Shown: in pieces, positions 1-9,775 of the stretch
How the letters are laid out: each line of letters begins with the position of its first letter
Position numbering within the stretch: the stretch's first letter is position 1
Assembly (NCBI GenBank): GCA_034723395.1
Contig: JAYEOW010000033.1
Span: 1-36,719, forward strand
Reading direction: 5' to 3'
Source of the DNA: Candidatus Margulisiibacteriota bacterium
GTDB lineage: Bacteria; Margulisbacteria; WOR-1; O2-12-FULL-45-9
Length of the DNA stretch: 36,719 bases
Translations under genes and position numbers: made by a program
Notes under the pieces: generated by a model
The model's input: the letters and a program-made list of their open reading frames with translations, nothing else
Database searches by the model: none
Told to the model about the DNA's origin: nothing

Positions 1-1272
1 GAAAATGGAGCGCATAGCATCACGCAAACGGTCGCGAAAGTTAACGGTAAAGAGGTCCAGATGCTCCAGCACTGGCCGGTTAGAAAACCGAGACCATTTG
101 CCACCAAACTTCCCGTCAAGGAACCGCTGGTTACCGGACAAAGGATCATCGACACCCTGTTTACGATCGCTAAGGGGGGGACCGCTTGTATCCCGGGACC
201 GTTTGGATCGGGAAAGACCGTCGTTCAACACCAATTCGCCAAATGGGCGGATGCCGATATTGTTATCTTTATCGGCTGCGGTGAGCGCGGCAACGAGATG
301 ACCGATGTTTTGATCGAATTCCCCGAGCTGAAAGATCCCAAGTCCGGCAAACCGCTGATGCAGCGAACGGTTCTGATCGCTAACACATCGAATATGCCGA
401 TCGCCGCGCGCGAGGCATCGGTCTATACAGGGGCCACGATCGCCGAATATTATCGCGATATGGGATATAACGTCTCCCTTTCAGCAGACTCGACTTCACG
501 CTGGGCCGAGGCGCTCCGTGAGATGTCGGGCCGGCTCGAAGAGATGCCGGGGGAAGAAGGTTATCCAGCTTATCTTGGCGCAAGATTAGCCGACTTTTAC
601 GAAAGGGCCGGCTACGGGATTTGTATGGGGTCGGAAGAGCGGAAAGGATCGTTCACTATTATCGGTTCGGTCTCCCCTCCGGGCGGAGATCTTTCCGAGC
701 CGGTAGTTCAAAACACTTTACGAATAGCAAAGGTTTTTTGGGGATTAGATTACGCCCTCGCCCACAAACGCCACTTCCCCGCCATCAACTGGCTGCTCAG
801 TTATTCCCTTTACCTGAACAATCTTGAAGATTACTTCGAAGACAATGTCGCCGGCGATTGGAGCAAACTCCGCGCCGAAGCGATAAGATTACTCTCCGAA
901 GAAGCGGAACTCGAAGAGATCGTCCGCTTAGTCGGCGTCGACGCCCTCTCCGCCCGCGAACAGCTGATCCTATTCGTCACCAAATCTATTCGCGAAGATT
1001 TCTTATACCAGAGCGCGTTTGATCCAGTCGACCAGTTCACCAGCCTGGACAAACAATATCTGCTGCTCCGATTGATCCTCACCCTTTATAAAGAGTCGCT
1101 TAAAGCGATCGAGCAGGGGGTAGAAGTCGATGATATCAGGGGCCTTAAAGCTATCCCCCAGATCTCACGGGCAAGATTGATCCCCGAAGAAAAAGCCAAA
1201 AGCGAGATCGCAGCGATCGAAGATTCGCTTAAGGGAGAAATTTCGACATTAAAAGGAGCGCTGGTTAGATGA
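1..1272 (+). CDS. atpA: V/A-type ATP synthase subunit A (5' end outside window)
   Basis: Frame is open from base 1. Walker [44 protein letters not shown]. Confidence 0.97.
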   Translation, partial: ENGAHSITQTVAKVNGKEVQMLQHWPVRKPRPFATKLPVKEPLVTGQRIIDTLFTIAKGGTACIPGPFGSGKTVVQHQFAKWADADIVIFIGCGERGNEMTDVLIEFPELKDPKSGKPLMQRTVLIANTSNMPIAAREASVYTGATIAEYYRDMGYNVSLSADSTSRWAEALREMSGRLEEMPGEEGYPAYLGARLADFYERAGYGICMGSEERKGSFTIIGSVSPPGGDLSEPVVQNTLRIAKVFWGLDYALAHKRHFPAINWLLSYSLYLNNLEDYFEDNVAGDWSKLRAEAIRLLSEEAELEEIVRLVGVDALSAREQLILFVTKSIREDFLYQSAFDPVDQFTSLDKQYLLLRLILTLYKESLKAIEQGVEVDDIRGLKAIPQISRARLIPEEKAKSEIAAIEDSLKGEISTLKGALVR

Positions 1273-2645
1273 TAAAGGAATATCAAACTGTTACCGGCAT
1301 TGCCGGGCCGCTTTTGATCGCCGAGAAAATCGAAGGCGGTAAATTTGACGAGGTCGTCGATATCGAGCTTCCAAGCGGAGAAATCCGCACAGGAAAGATC
1401 CTCGAGGTTGAAAAAGATAAGGTCCTTATCCAGGTATTTGAAGGGACCGATGGTTTAGAGATAAAATCGACCAAACTTCGTCTTAAAGGGCGTGGATTAG
1501 AGTTAAATGTCAGTCCCGGCATGCTGGGAAGGGTATTTTCCGGTCTCGGAAAACCGATCGATAAGGCTCCTCAGATCATCCCAAAAAAGAAAGTCGATAT
1601 AAACGGTATTCCGTTGAACCCTATTTCACGCGATTATCCAAACGATTTTATCCAGACCGGCATCTCGACCATTGATGGGCTAAACACCCTTACCAGGGGA
1701 CAAAAACTGCCGATCTTTTCCGGCTCCGGTCTCCCCCACTCCCGTTTAGCGGCACAGATTGCCCGGCAGGCAAGTGTTTTGAAAGGCGGAGAAAAGTTTG
1801 CGGTTGTTTTCGGCGCGATGGGGATCACCTTCGAAGAAGCTGAATTTTTTATGGCCAACTTTAAAAAGACCGGCGCGATCGAGAACGCGGTCCTTTATAT
1901 CAACCTGGCCAACGATCCGGCAATCGAAAGGATCGCAACCCCTCGCGTAGCGCTGACCGCCGCCGAATATCTCGCTTTTGATCTCGGCATGCATGTCTTA
2001 GTAATCTTGACCGACTTAACTAATTACTGCGAATCTTTACGCGAAGTTTCTGCAGCAAGGAAAGAGGTCCCTGGCCGCAGAGGTTACCCCGGCTATCTTT
2101 ACACCGATTTAGCGACGATGTACGAACGCGCAGGAAGAATTAAAGATAAAGATGGTTCGATCACTCTGATTCCGATCTTGACCATGCCGGATGATGATAA
2201 AACCCATCCGATCCCCGACTTGACCGGCTATATTACCGAAGGACAAATCATTTTGGACCGCGGGCTGGAGAGAAAGAAGGTTTATCCGCCGGTCGATCCC
2301 CTCCCTTCACTATCTCGCTTAAGAGATAAAGCAATCGGGAAAGGAAAGACCAGGGAAGACCATGCGCCGGTCGCTAACCAATTATTTGCCGCTTATGCAC
2401 GCGGCCGGGAAGTTCGCGAACTCTTAGTCGTTCTTGGTGAAGGGGCTTTGAATGATGTCGATCGGCAGTATTTGAAGTTTGCCGAACAGTTTGAGAACAA
2501 CTTTATTACCCAGGCCGAAGACGAAAACCGGACAATTCAACGGACGCTCGATATTGCCTGGGAGTTATTGGGAATTCTCCCGCGGGAAGAGCTAAAACGG
2601 ATCAAAGACGATATGTACGAGAAGTATGGCAAAAAAACGCGTTAA
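1269..2645 (+). CDS. atpB: V/A-type ATP synthase subunit B
   Basis: [44 protein letters not shown]; overlaps the subunit A stop. Confidence 0.97.
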   Translation: MIKEYQTVTGIAGPLLIAEKIEGGKFDEVVDIELPSGEIRTGKILEVEKDKVLIQVFEGTDGLEIKSTKLRLKGRGLELNVSPGMLGRVFSGLGKPIDKAPQIIPKKKVDINGIPLNPISRDYPNDFIQTGISTIDGLNTLTRGQKLPIFSGSGLPHSRLAAQIARQASVLKGGEKFAVVFGAMGITFEEAEFFMANFKKTGAIENAVLYINLANDPAIERIATPRVALTAAEYLAFDLGMHVLVILTDLTNYCESLREVSAARKEVPGRRGYPGYLYTDLATMYERAGRIKDKDGSITLIPILTMPDDDKTHPIPDLTGYITEGQIILDRGLERKKVYPPVDPLPSLSRLRDKAIGKGKTREDHAPVANQLFAAYARGREVRELLVVLGEGALNDVDRQYLKFAEQFENNFITQAEDENRTIQRTLDIAWELLGILPREELKRIKDDMYEKYGKKTR

Positions 2646-3249
2646 CGCAACACGGATGGAGCTCCTCCGTCTTAGGCGGAGGACTCAGTTAGCCAAGAAA
2701 GGACATAAGCTTTTAAAAGATAAGCTGGATGGCCTGATCCAGCAATTACTAAAGGTTGTAAAAGAGCACGGCCGCCTAAGCAAAAAATTAGAACAAGAGT
2801 TGATCGAGATCTTCCAAAAGCTGGTATTAAGCTCGGCCCAGATCAGGCCCGAAGTCTTGATCGAAGCGACAAAGCTTTCTGAATGTAAAACCAACGTCGA
2901 TATTACCCTGAAAAATCTGATGGGAGTAAAGATCCCCAAGCATGAGCTAAAGATAGAGGGCGATCCGATCTCCTACCCTTTTTCGGAAACGACCGGGGAG
3001 CTTGATCAATCCCTGACCAGATTTAAGGTTATTCTTGAAGAATTGGTTAAACTGGCCGAATATAATAAAACCATCCTCATCGTCGCCTCGCATATTATTG
3101 AGATTAAGAGAAGAGTAAACGCCCTCGAATATGTACTGATCCCCGAGCTCGAAGAATCGGTACGGTTTATCAAGATGAAGCTGGCTGAAATAGAGCGGAG
3201 CAATACGGTTTCGCTACTGAAGATCAAGGATATTGTTCGGGCGAGATAA
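2626..3249 (+). CDS. atpD: V/A-type ATP synthase subunit D
   Basis: ATRMELLRL...GHKLLKDK and [13 protein letters not shown] motifs; follows subunits A and B. Confidence 0.95.
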   Translation: MAKKRVNATRMELLRLRRRTQLAKKGHKLLKDKLDGLIQQLLKVVKEHGRLSKKLEQELIEIFQKLVLSSAQIRPEVLIEATKLSECKTNVDITLKNLMGVKIPKHELKIEGDPISYPFSETTGELDQSLTRFKVILEELVKLAEYNKTILIVASHIIEIKRRVNALEYVLIPELEESVRFIKMKLAEIERSNTVSLLKIKDIVRAR

Positions 3250-3254
3250 AATCT

Positions 3255-3280
3255 GAAATTTTTCCTCTATTCCGCTGATA
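3255..3280 (+). promoter_or_regulatory. GAAATT-N16-GATA motif, copy 1 (putative alternative-sigma promoter)
   Basis: GAAATT TTTCCTCTATTCCG CTGATA; ATG of the sigma gene lies 10 nt downstream. Confidence 0.65.
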
Positions 3281-3290
3281 ACAAAACAAG

Positions 3291-5624
3291 ATGCCTGTTA
3301 TACATTTTAGCTATTATCGGATAAAAAATCTGCGCAATACCTACCACCCCCCCGAAGAGCAGCGGATCAGTCGGGAGATAAACCGGCTTAAGGCAATGGG
3401 AAAACCCTTTGGTCCAAGGTTGCGGTATATTTCTCAAAACACACAAGTAAGAATAATTGAGACGCTTTGCCGTCATCTGGACATTCGCCACCCTCGCCTG
3501 CTTGTCCCTGCAAATTTCGTCACCAGGCTTCCTGGCTGGAAAGCACAGTTACAAGGCATATATAAACACTATGCAAATATGCTGCCAAAAGAACAATCGG
3601 GAGGGAGAGTAATTGATTATATGCTTGATCATCTCGGCGTCCAACCGCTTGAAGGACTTCCTGTTGCTGAACAGATAAAATTACTGAGTACCGGAAGGGA
3701 CAGAATAAATTGGAAGCATGTTAACAACTTTGTAATAAAAGCCCTGGTTGAACTATTGGCTAAAAAAGCCGGGGTCCCGCACCTGCGCATGCTTACCCAT
3801 CGGCATTTCAGAGACCTTGAAATTGCAGAGCTAGGGCCCACCCTTATCGCACTCTACGAAAACTACGCCAAAAAAAGCTCCGGGCCAGCTCAAGCAATCG
3901 ATTTGCTGCTCGATAAGATCGGTGTTCCCAAATTTGACGATCAGAGCTGGGAACAACAACTAAGGTGTTTAAAACAAATAACAAATATCCACTGGGAAAG
4001 GATTCCCGCCACGACCCAACTTAAATTAGTGGCCCTTTTAAAAGAACATGTTCCACAAAGGAACGAAGTTGCATGCCCCCATGTGCGCGCACTGGTTACG
4101 GTCCAATTCAAAGGGCTGGAAATTGGCCTGCCTTTATCCGGTTTGCACGATTATTATCGAAGAACAAAACCCCGGGAATACAATGGACCAACCATTGATT
4201 TTATGCTGGATCAACTGGGTGTAGAAAAACTGGAAGAACTGCCTTATGAAAAGCAATGTCTTTGTTTAAGGTATAAGGGACAGTGGACATGGACAAATAT
4301 TCCAAAAGAGACAAGCTTGCGGTTCTTAACCCGAGTAAAAGAGCTAAATGCGCTCCCCCACTTGCGAAATTTGGGCTGGCATCACTTATGCGATACCACA
4401 ATTCCAGAGATCGGACAAAGCCTAACCGGGCTTTACACCCATTATCAAATCAGGAAAGATAAAGATGACCCGAGAGGGGTTGTAGATATTATCCTTGATC
4501 ATCTTGGGGCAGAACAACTCTCAAAACTTCCATTAAAAGAACAATTAAAATGCACAGCTCTAAGACAATTTCGCTGGAAGCGCGCTCCGCCGGGAGTTAT
4601 TAGACACTATATTGAAGCGCTCAGGCATGCCGCGGACTTGAGAAGTTCGGCCGACCTGCTCCAGTCTCACTTTGCACTCCAGGTTGGGGGCAAAGAAACA
4701 GGATTAGACAGCTTATTTCTTTTTTTATCACAGCAATGGCGCCAAACGCCCTCTCAAACCGGAGTGATTGGCTGGGCGCTCAAGGAATACGGGACAACGC
4801 TGCAAGAACAAATCAAGGCAAAAAGAAGACACGGCGCAAACCGGCTTGACCTGGAAGAAAAAACCTTTTTAATTGATATGGCCCAAACAGGAAGCAGAGA
4901 AGCAATGGAACACCTGCTTTTTTTCTACCGGCCAATTATTTACGGCTGTATTAAAAGAGCCGTTGCAAGGGTTGGATTACGCCGAAAAACATATGAGGAG
5001 TTATTTCAAGTTGGGCAAATCGGTCTGGTCCGTCTCATAAAGCGTTTTGAGCGCGGAGGCGCTACTTTTGAAACCTATGTAATTGCTTCATTACCCTGGA
5101 CCATCAGCAGAGAAATAAAGGGCGATACCGGGGATATTCATCACCCTATAAGCTACCTTGATAAAATGAGAGGAATATATAAAACAGAAGCCGCTCTGGA
5201 AGAAAAATTAGGCCGCAAACCAAGTGATGAAGAATTGGCTAAGAAGCTGGAAATGGGCGTTGATGAGCTGCGCGTTAAGCGGCATTTATATGCAAAACAT
5301 GGGAGCTCACTCCAATCTCCGCTTTTTAGCGACGGCGATGCGACCTTGGAAGACAGGATCCCTGATTCCCGCATTATCCGTCCTGATTCGGCTTACCAGC
5401 AAACTGAGCTCAAAGAACTATTAGAAAATGCCATAGAAGGTTCGGGCCTAAACGAAAACGAAAAATTTGCCTTAAGAAAACACCGTCTCGAACAATATAC
5501 CCTTGAGGAAGTCGGCGGGATGCTGAACATGACCCGCCAGCGGATAAAGCAATTAGAAGTTGAAGCCTTCAAAAAAATTAAAAAAAGGCGTTTTGCACAA
5601 GCATTAAAAGAATTTATTTCTTAG
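3291..5624 (+). CDS. Sigma70-family sigma factor with N-terminal tandem-repeat extension
   Basis: From about aa 530: region 2 (EELFQVGQIGLVRLIKRF...FETY), region 3 (EEKLGRKPSDEELAKKL), SLQSPL..TLED linker, region 4 (TLEEVGGMLNMTRQRIKQLE). About aa 60-500 are ~97-aa repeats. Confidence 0.85.
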   Translation: MPVIHFSYYRIKNLRNTYHPPEEQRISREINRLKAMGKPFGPRLRYISQNTQVRIIETLCRHLDIRHPRLLVPANFVTRLPGWKAQLQGIYKHYANMLPKEQSGGRVIDYMLDHLGVQPLEGLPVAEQIKLLSTGRDRINWKHVNNFVIKALVELLAKKAGVPHLRMLTHRHFRDLEIAELGPTLIALYENYAKKSSGPAQAIDLLLDKIGVPKFDDQSWEQQLRCLKQITNIHWERIPATTQLKLVALLKEHVPQRNEVACPHVRALVTVQFKGLEIGLPLSGLHDYYRRTKPREYNGPTIDFMLDQLGVEKLEELPYEKQCLCLRYKGQWTWTNIPKETSLRFLTRVKELNALPHLRNLGWHHLCDTTIPEIGQSLTGLYTHYQIRKDKDDPRGVVDIILDHLGAEQLSKLPLKEQLKCTALRQFRWKRAPPGVIRHYIEALRHAADLRSSADLLQSHFALQVGGKETGLDSLFLFLSQQWRQTPSQTGVIGWALKEYGTTLQEQIKAKRRHGANRLDLEEKTFLIDMAQTGSREAMEHLLFFYRPIIYGCIKRAVARVGLRRKTYEELFQVGQIGLVRLIKRFERGGATFETYVIASLPWTISREIKGDTGDIHHPISYLDKMRGIYKTEAALEEKLGRKPSDEELAKKLEMGVDELRVKRHLYAKHGSSLQSPLFSDGDATLEDRIPDSRIIRPDSAYQQTELKELLENAIEGSGLNENEKFALRKHRLEQYTLEEVGGMLNMTRQRIKQLEVEAFKKIKKRRFAQALKEFIS

Positions 5625-5626
5625 GA

Positions 5627-6043
5627 TCAATGCACAAAAGATACCTGCCCCAGCCCAACACTTACCTCCGGCGTCTGCGCTACCCAATTTAAACCGGCAT
5701 CGGTGGCGTGCAGAATAACTCCTGTCCCAACATAACTTGTCCCCACCACCCAGGCCGTGTTGGCATCGATCGCGCTTATACTAATCATCTCGATCTCCGT
5801 AGTTGAAGATAGTTTCCGCATAATTGGCAATAATTTAATTGCTGTTGCAGGACGCAAAGATGAATCTACCTCTAAAACACCAAACAGCTCTTTGGCCCTT
5901 AAAAAACACATTTCCAACTCCTTCCCTCCACCATTTTTCGAAAGACTATGCGCTCGGGAAAGCTCAGAAGCAGTCATCCGTAATATATTTTTCCATCCGT
6001 ATTTAAGCAGATCTTCTCTTTTTAATTTTTTATGATATTTCAT
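5627..6043 (-). pseudogene. Chimeric ORF: DUF5674-partner helical protein N-terminus joined to a BNR/YCF48-like propeller fragment
   Basis: N-terminal ASELSRA...CFLRAKEL helical segment switches abruptly to ISAIDANTAWVVG..GVILHATDAGLNW (Asp-box-like). Confidence 0.5.
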
Positions 6044-6402
6044 ATTTCAAATAAATCCCCCATTATCTCTTTAACTTTTTAACGTATTTCCGGGGATTGA
6101 ATAGATTGTGATGGATTATTCTGGCGTGGCCGAATATTCATCAATGCAGTATATTCCAATCTCTCCCCTTTCTTTCTAAATGGGGAATAATTTGCTCCCC
6201 ATACATTTTTTTGTTTCAACCCTTTTTTTAATAAAATCTGTTCTGCATCTGCATGCGATGAACAGCCAGCAGCAAGAATTCCCTCTTCGATATCCACCAC
6301 AACTTTAATCATATCACCAAAGAATTCTTCCGCCAATCCTTTGATTTTATTCTCACTAAGAGGTTTATGTGATATTTTAGGCCATTCCATTATTCTATTC
6401 AA
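6040..6402 (-). pseudogene. DUF5674 family protein with a premature stop
   Basis: FGDMIKVVVD..HADAEQILL..WGAN..NIRPRQNN. TAA at 6079-6081 is followed in frame by KVKEIMGDLFEI*, ending in an ATGA overlap with the next ORF. Confidence 0.6.
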
Positions 6403-6432
6403 TTATATAATAGAAAAAAGAAGTAAATTTAT

Positions 6433-7449
6433 TTAAACATTAAACCGGAAACTCAAAATATCCGCATCTTCAACAATGTAATCTTTCCCTTTGAGGTGGA
6501 ATTTACCCTGCTCTTTTAGTTTACCTTCCGACCCGGCAGAGATTAGTTCGCCATATTTAAACATTTCAGCGCGTACGAATCCTTTCTGAATATCTGAGTG
6601 AATAACCGAGCCGGCAATCGGCGCGCTCGAACCTTTCCTTACCGGCCAGGCACGGACCTCGTCTTCGCCGACGGTAAAGAAAGAGATCAACCCTAATCCG
6701 GAGAACGCAAGGGTGGTCATTTTATCCAGCGCCGATTCTTCGATCCCCATCTCTTTCATGAACTCTTTCCTATCTTTCTCGTCCAGATTGCTGATCTCCT
6801 GTTCGATCTCGACTGATATCTGGACAGCGGGGAGCGACAATTCCTGGCTGATCTCTTCTAATAGTGAGAGGTCTTTGATCTTTTCTTCAGAAACGTTCAC
6901 AACCAAGATGATCGGCTTCATCGATAAGAATTGATAAGTACGCAGCTGTTTTAATTCTTCGTCCGAAGCATCTAATTGCCTGATCGGGAGCTCATCTTCA
7001 AGATGCTTTTTGCAGCGCTCCATAAGCCCCTTCTCTTTTTCCATCTGCGGTGAAGACTTCCTCTTCTGCTCTTTTTCGATATTCTCGATCCGTTTCTCTA
7101 CCAGCATCAGGTCAGATATAACCAGCTCCGAAACGACCGCATCGATCTCTCCCATATTACGCGCAACTAAACATAATTCGTCCGCGTTCTTTAATTGGGT
7201 AAGGATCGCTGTTTTGGCCGGTCCTTGCAGGTTAAAGTCGGGCAGAAGGAGGAATTCGATCTTGGCATAGGTCGTCTTCTTGGGCTTATACATTTCCTTG
7301 AGTTTAGTTACACGGGGATCCTTTACCTCACAAACGCCGATATGGACTTCCAACGGCTTCTGCTGAATGTCACTTAACGACGCTCCGGTCAACAAGCTAT
7401 AAAGCTGCTGCTGTCCGGCCTGCGGTGCTCCTAAAATTACGACACGCAT
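6433..7449 (-). CDS. ychF: YchF/Obg-like ATPase homologue (degenerate P-loop)
   Basis: DPRV..L..MYKPKKTTYA and TGS-type C-terminus (FFTVGEDEVRAW, AGSVIHSDIQKGFVRAE, GKDYIVEDADILSFRFNV). Start reassigned to ATG 7449 (MRVVILG). Confidence 0.85.
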   Translation of the reverse strand: MRVVILGAPQAGQQQLYSLLTGASLSDIQQKPLEVHIGVCEVKDPRVTKLKEMYKPKKTTYAKIEFLLLPDFNLQGPAKTAILTQLKNADELCLVARNMGEIDAVVSELVISDLMLVEKRIENIEKEQKRKSSPQMEKEKGLMERCKKHLEDELPIRQLDASDEELKQLRTYQFLSMKPIILVVNVSEEKIKDLSLLEEISQELSLPAVQISVEIEQEISNLDEKDRKEFMKEMGIEESALDKMTTLAFSGLGLISFFTVGEDEVRAWPVRKGSSAPIAGSVIHSDIQKGFVRAEMFKYGELISAGSEGKLKEQGKFHLKGKDYIVEDADILSFRFNV

Positions 7450-7471
7450 GGTTCTATAATAGCATTGAAAT

Positions 7472-7497
7472 GAAATTTTTACCATTTTTTGACGATA
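7472..7497 (+). promoter_or_regulatory. GAAATT-N16-GATA motif, copy 2
   Basis: GAAATT TTTACCATTTTTTG ACGATA; ATG at 7508, 10 nt downstream. Confidence 0.6.
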
Positions 7498-7507
7498 TCT
7501 ATTCAGT

Positions 7508-8075
7508 ATGAGTATCGCGAATGCCTTAAACATAAATAGATCACGTGCTACCTCTGTAAGGGTGGCTGAAAAAGACGTGCTAAGTTTTCTCGACTACAGC
7601 AGATCGGCCGCTATTGTGTACTCCTCTTCGGATTAATTTAACATAGAAGTTTTACACGACGTAAAAAATCGTGTTACCCAAGAGATGACACCTGAAACTA
7701 GCTAGTACTGTAAAGCATGTTTGGCCGCGCTGGGAACAAGGAGCGGTTAAAATTAATATTGACGCTGGAAAGATTCGTGACGACCAACATTATATATACA
7801 AATATGGCTGGAATAGACAAACTCTCGATTCGAACGGAGTTTTAGCGCTTGCCCTTATTAATCGCTCGAATGCAAAATCTAAGGCAGGAAAGCAATTTTT
7901 GGCAGAAAAATTCCAACCTAATGAAGCTATGTACATCTTGGATATAGTGAAGCATGCGGCTATCACTTGGGATCCCCGATCTGCGAAGGCTTATCGGGGA
8001 CGCGGAGGCGTATATCTTATGCTTCTTCTTCTCCTTGTCGCCTCACTAAAAAATACTGATAGAGAGTCAGAATAA
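7508..8075 (+). pseudogene. Probable decayed orphan gene
   Basis: ATG sits at the same offset from the motif as in intact orphans, but the frame stops after about 42 codons; no long ORF in the 570 bp up to the tRNA 3' end. Confidence 0.3.
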
Positions 8076-8079
8076 AATT

Positions 8080-8154
8080 TGGTAGCCCTAAGGGGAATCG
8101 AACCCCTGTTTCAGCCTTGAGAGGGCCGTGTCCTAACCGCTAGACGATAGGGCC
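8080..8154 (-). tRNA. tRNA-Glu (CTC)
   Basis: Reverse complement GGCCCTATCGTCTAGCGGTTAGGACACGGCCCTCTCAAGGCTGAAACAGGGGTTCGATTCCCCTTAGGGCTACCA: cloverleaf, GGTTCGA T-loop, encoded CCA. Confidence 0.96.
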
Positions 8155-8196
8155 ATGATTTATAAGTATAACATATTTGTATGTTATAATAAATTC

Positions 8197-9390
8197 ATGC
8201 CAAAACCCGAATTACTAATCCCCGCCGGCAACAGCGAAAAGCTCCGCAATGCGGTCCTTTTTGGCGCGGATGCGGTGTACTTAGGCGCCGGTCCCTACTC
8301 ACTACGTTCATCCGACCAAACTTCTTTCGGTCTTAAAGAATTAAAAGGAGGCGTTGAGTCTGCCCATTCAAAGAATGTTAAAGTTTATCTCGCGATGAAT
8401 ATTTTTACCTTCGATGATGATATCGATGCGATGATGGAATATCTGAAAGAAGCAAACAAGCTTGGGATCGATGCCGTGATTATTTCAGACGTTGGCCTTC
8501 TCCCCTTAATTCAAAAACTCGATAAGAATATTAAGGTCCATCTAAGCACCCAAGCTAATACGCTTAATAGCGAAGCGGTTAAGTTTTGGAAAGATCATGG
8601 GGTAAAAAGAGTTGTTCTAGGAAGAGAATTGAATGCCCATCAGATCAAAATGATCAGAAAAAATGTGCCGGATATCGAATTAGAACTATTTGTTCACGGT
8701 GCGATGTGTATGTCGTACTCCGGTCGCTGTCTCCTCTCCAAACATATGACTGGAAGAAGCGCTAATCGCGGGGAATGCACCCAGCCATGCCGCTGGGAGT
8801 ATCGGTTGAAGGAAGTTACCCGACCAGAACAAGAGTTTCGTATCCAGGAAGATGAAAGAGGAACTTATATTATGAATTCCCGCGATCTCTGCTTGATCGA
8901 ACATATTCCCGAGCTGATCGAAGCCGGGATCAATTCCTTTAAGATCGAAGGGCGAATGAAATCGGCTTATTACGCCGCGCTGGTGACGAAAATTTACCGC
9001 AAAGCGATCGACTCAGATAAATACGATCCTGCATGGAAAGAAGAGCTTCAAAAAGTATCCCACCGAACCTACTCTACCGGATTTTATTTTAATGAGGATG
9101 ACACCGAAAGTGTTAAATGCGATACGAATATTCGAACACATAGTTTTGTTGGAGTAGTCGAAGATCATGGTGAGGAGCTCGAAGTTAAAGCACGCAACCA
9201 ATTTGCGGTTGGTGATGAGCTTGAGATTATCGATCCTAATCATGATGAGATCGTTAAATTTAAGGTTACAAGCATGAAAACAATCGAGAACGAACCGATC
9301 GCTGAAGCACATAATGATTATCATGTGCTGCTAAATGTCGATTTACCCCATAAAGCATCTAGATATTCACTTCTAAGAAAACAGCGATAA
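8197..9390 (+). CDS. Peptidase U32 family protein (TrhP-like tRNA hydroxylation protein)
   Basis: KPELLIPAG, GADAVYLG, HLSTQAN, FVHGAMCMSYSGRCLLS, NRGECTQPCR, KIEGRMKS. Start reassigned to ATG 8197. Confidence 0.9.
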   Translation: MPKPELLIPAGNSEKLRNAVLFGADAVYLGAGPYSLRSSDQTSFGLKELKGGVESAHSKNVKVYLAMNIFTFDDDIDAMMEYLKEANKLGIDAVIISDVGLLPLIQKLDKNIKVHLSTQANTLNSEAVKFWKDHGVKRVVLGRELNAHQIKMIRKNVPDIELELFVHGAMCMSYSGRCLLSKHMTGRSANRGECTQPCRWEYRLKEVTRPEQEFRIQEDERGTYIMNSRDLCLIEHIPELIEAGINSFKIEGRMKSAYYAALVTKIYRKAIDSDKYDPAWKEELQKVSHRTYSTGFYFNEDDTESVKCDTNIRTHSFVGVVEDHGEELEVKARNQFAVGDELEIIDPNHDEIVKFKVTSMKTIENEPIAEAHNDYHVLLNVDLPHKASRYSLLRKQR

Positions 9391-9391
9391 T

Positions 9392-9713
9392 CCTCACCCC
9401 TTTCTTGCGCCTTTGGCGCAATTCATTCCCCTCTCCATTTTCAATGGAGAGGGGTGGCACGAACAAAGTGAGTGACGGGGTGAGGTCAAAATAATAGGCT
9501 CCTTTGAGCGGCTCTGTTCGAGGCTGGCAGAGCGACCCCGAGCTCTGCCGAGGGGGAGCTGTGTCCAGCCGAGTTAGCCGCGTTGGGGATTCATAAGGGG
9601 GAACCCCTTATGTGGTTTTTTGGTAACTTTTTTGCCACCAAAAAAGTTACCGGGGTAAAAAGGAATAAAAACAAGAAACTAGAGCCTCTCTCGCTAGGGG
9701 CAGAGCCCCTGCA
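9392..9713. repeat. Cluster of REP-like hairpins
   Basis: CCTCACCCC...CCCCTCTCCATT/AATGGAGAGGGG...GGGGTGAGG (9392-9485); CATAAGGGG-GAA-CCCCTTATG; GGTAACTTTTTTG-CCAC-CAAAAAAGTTACC; AGGGGC-AGA-GCCCCT. Confidence 0.75.
9490..9590 (+). repeat. Left copy of an ~80-bp inverted repeat (partner 10690-10770), carrying a 21-nt insertion
   Basis: AATAATAGGCTCCTTTGAGCGGCTCTGTTCGAGGCTGGCAGAGCGA[insertion 9536-9556]AGCTGTGTCCAGCCGAGTTAGC matches the reverse complement of 10690-10770. Confidence 0.85.
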
Positions 9714-9737
9714 ACTACTACTTTACGATAATATCCT

Positions 9738-9763
9738 GAAATTCCTCGTCGTTTTTATCGATA
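9738..9763 (+). promoter_or_regulatory. GAAATT-N16-GATA motif, copy 3
   Basis: GAAATT CCTCGTCGTTTTTA TCGATA; ATG 9776 lies 12 nt downstream. Confidence 0.65.
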
Positions 9764-9775
9764 TAAATATTAGAT

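Noticed and set aside
380..3227. Short antisense and alternative-frame ORFs over the ATPase genes (and similar ones elsewhere)
   Set aside because: Shadow ORFs of well-supported genes.
7450..7533. Longer ychF start given by the ORF track
   Set aside because: The extension is AT-rich promoter sequence; homology starts at MRVVILG. The U32 and receiver starts were shortened for the same reason.
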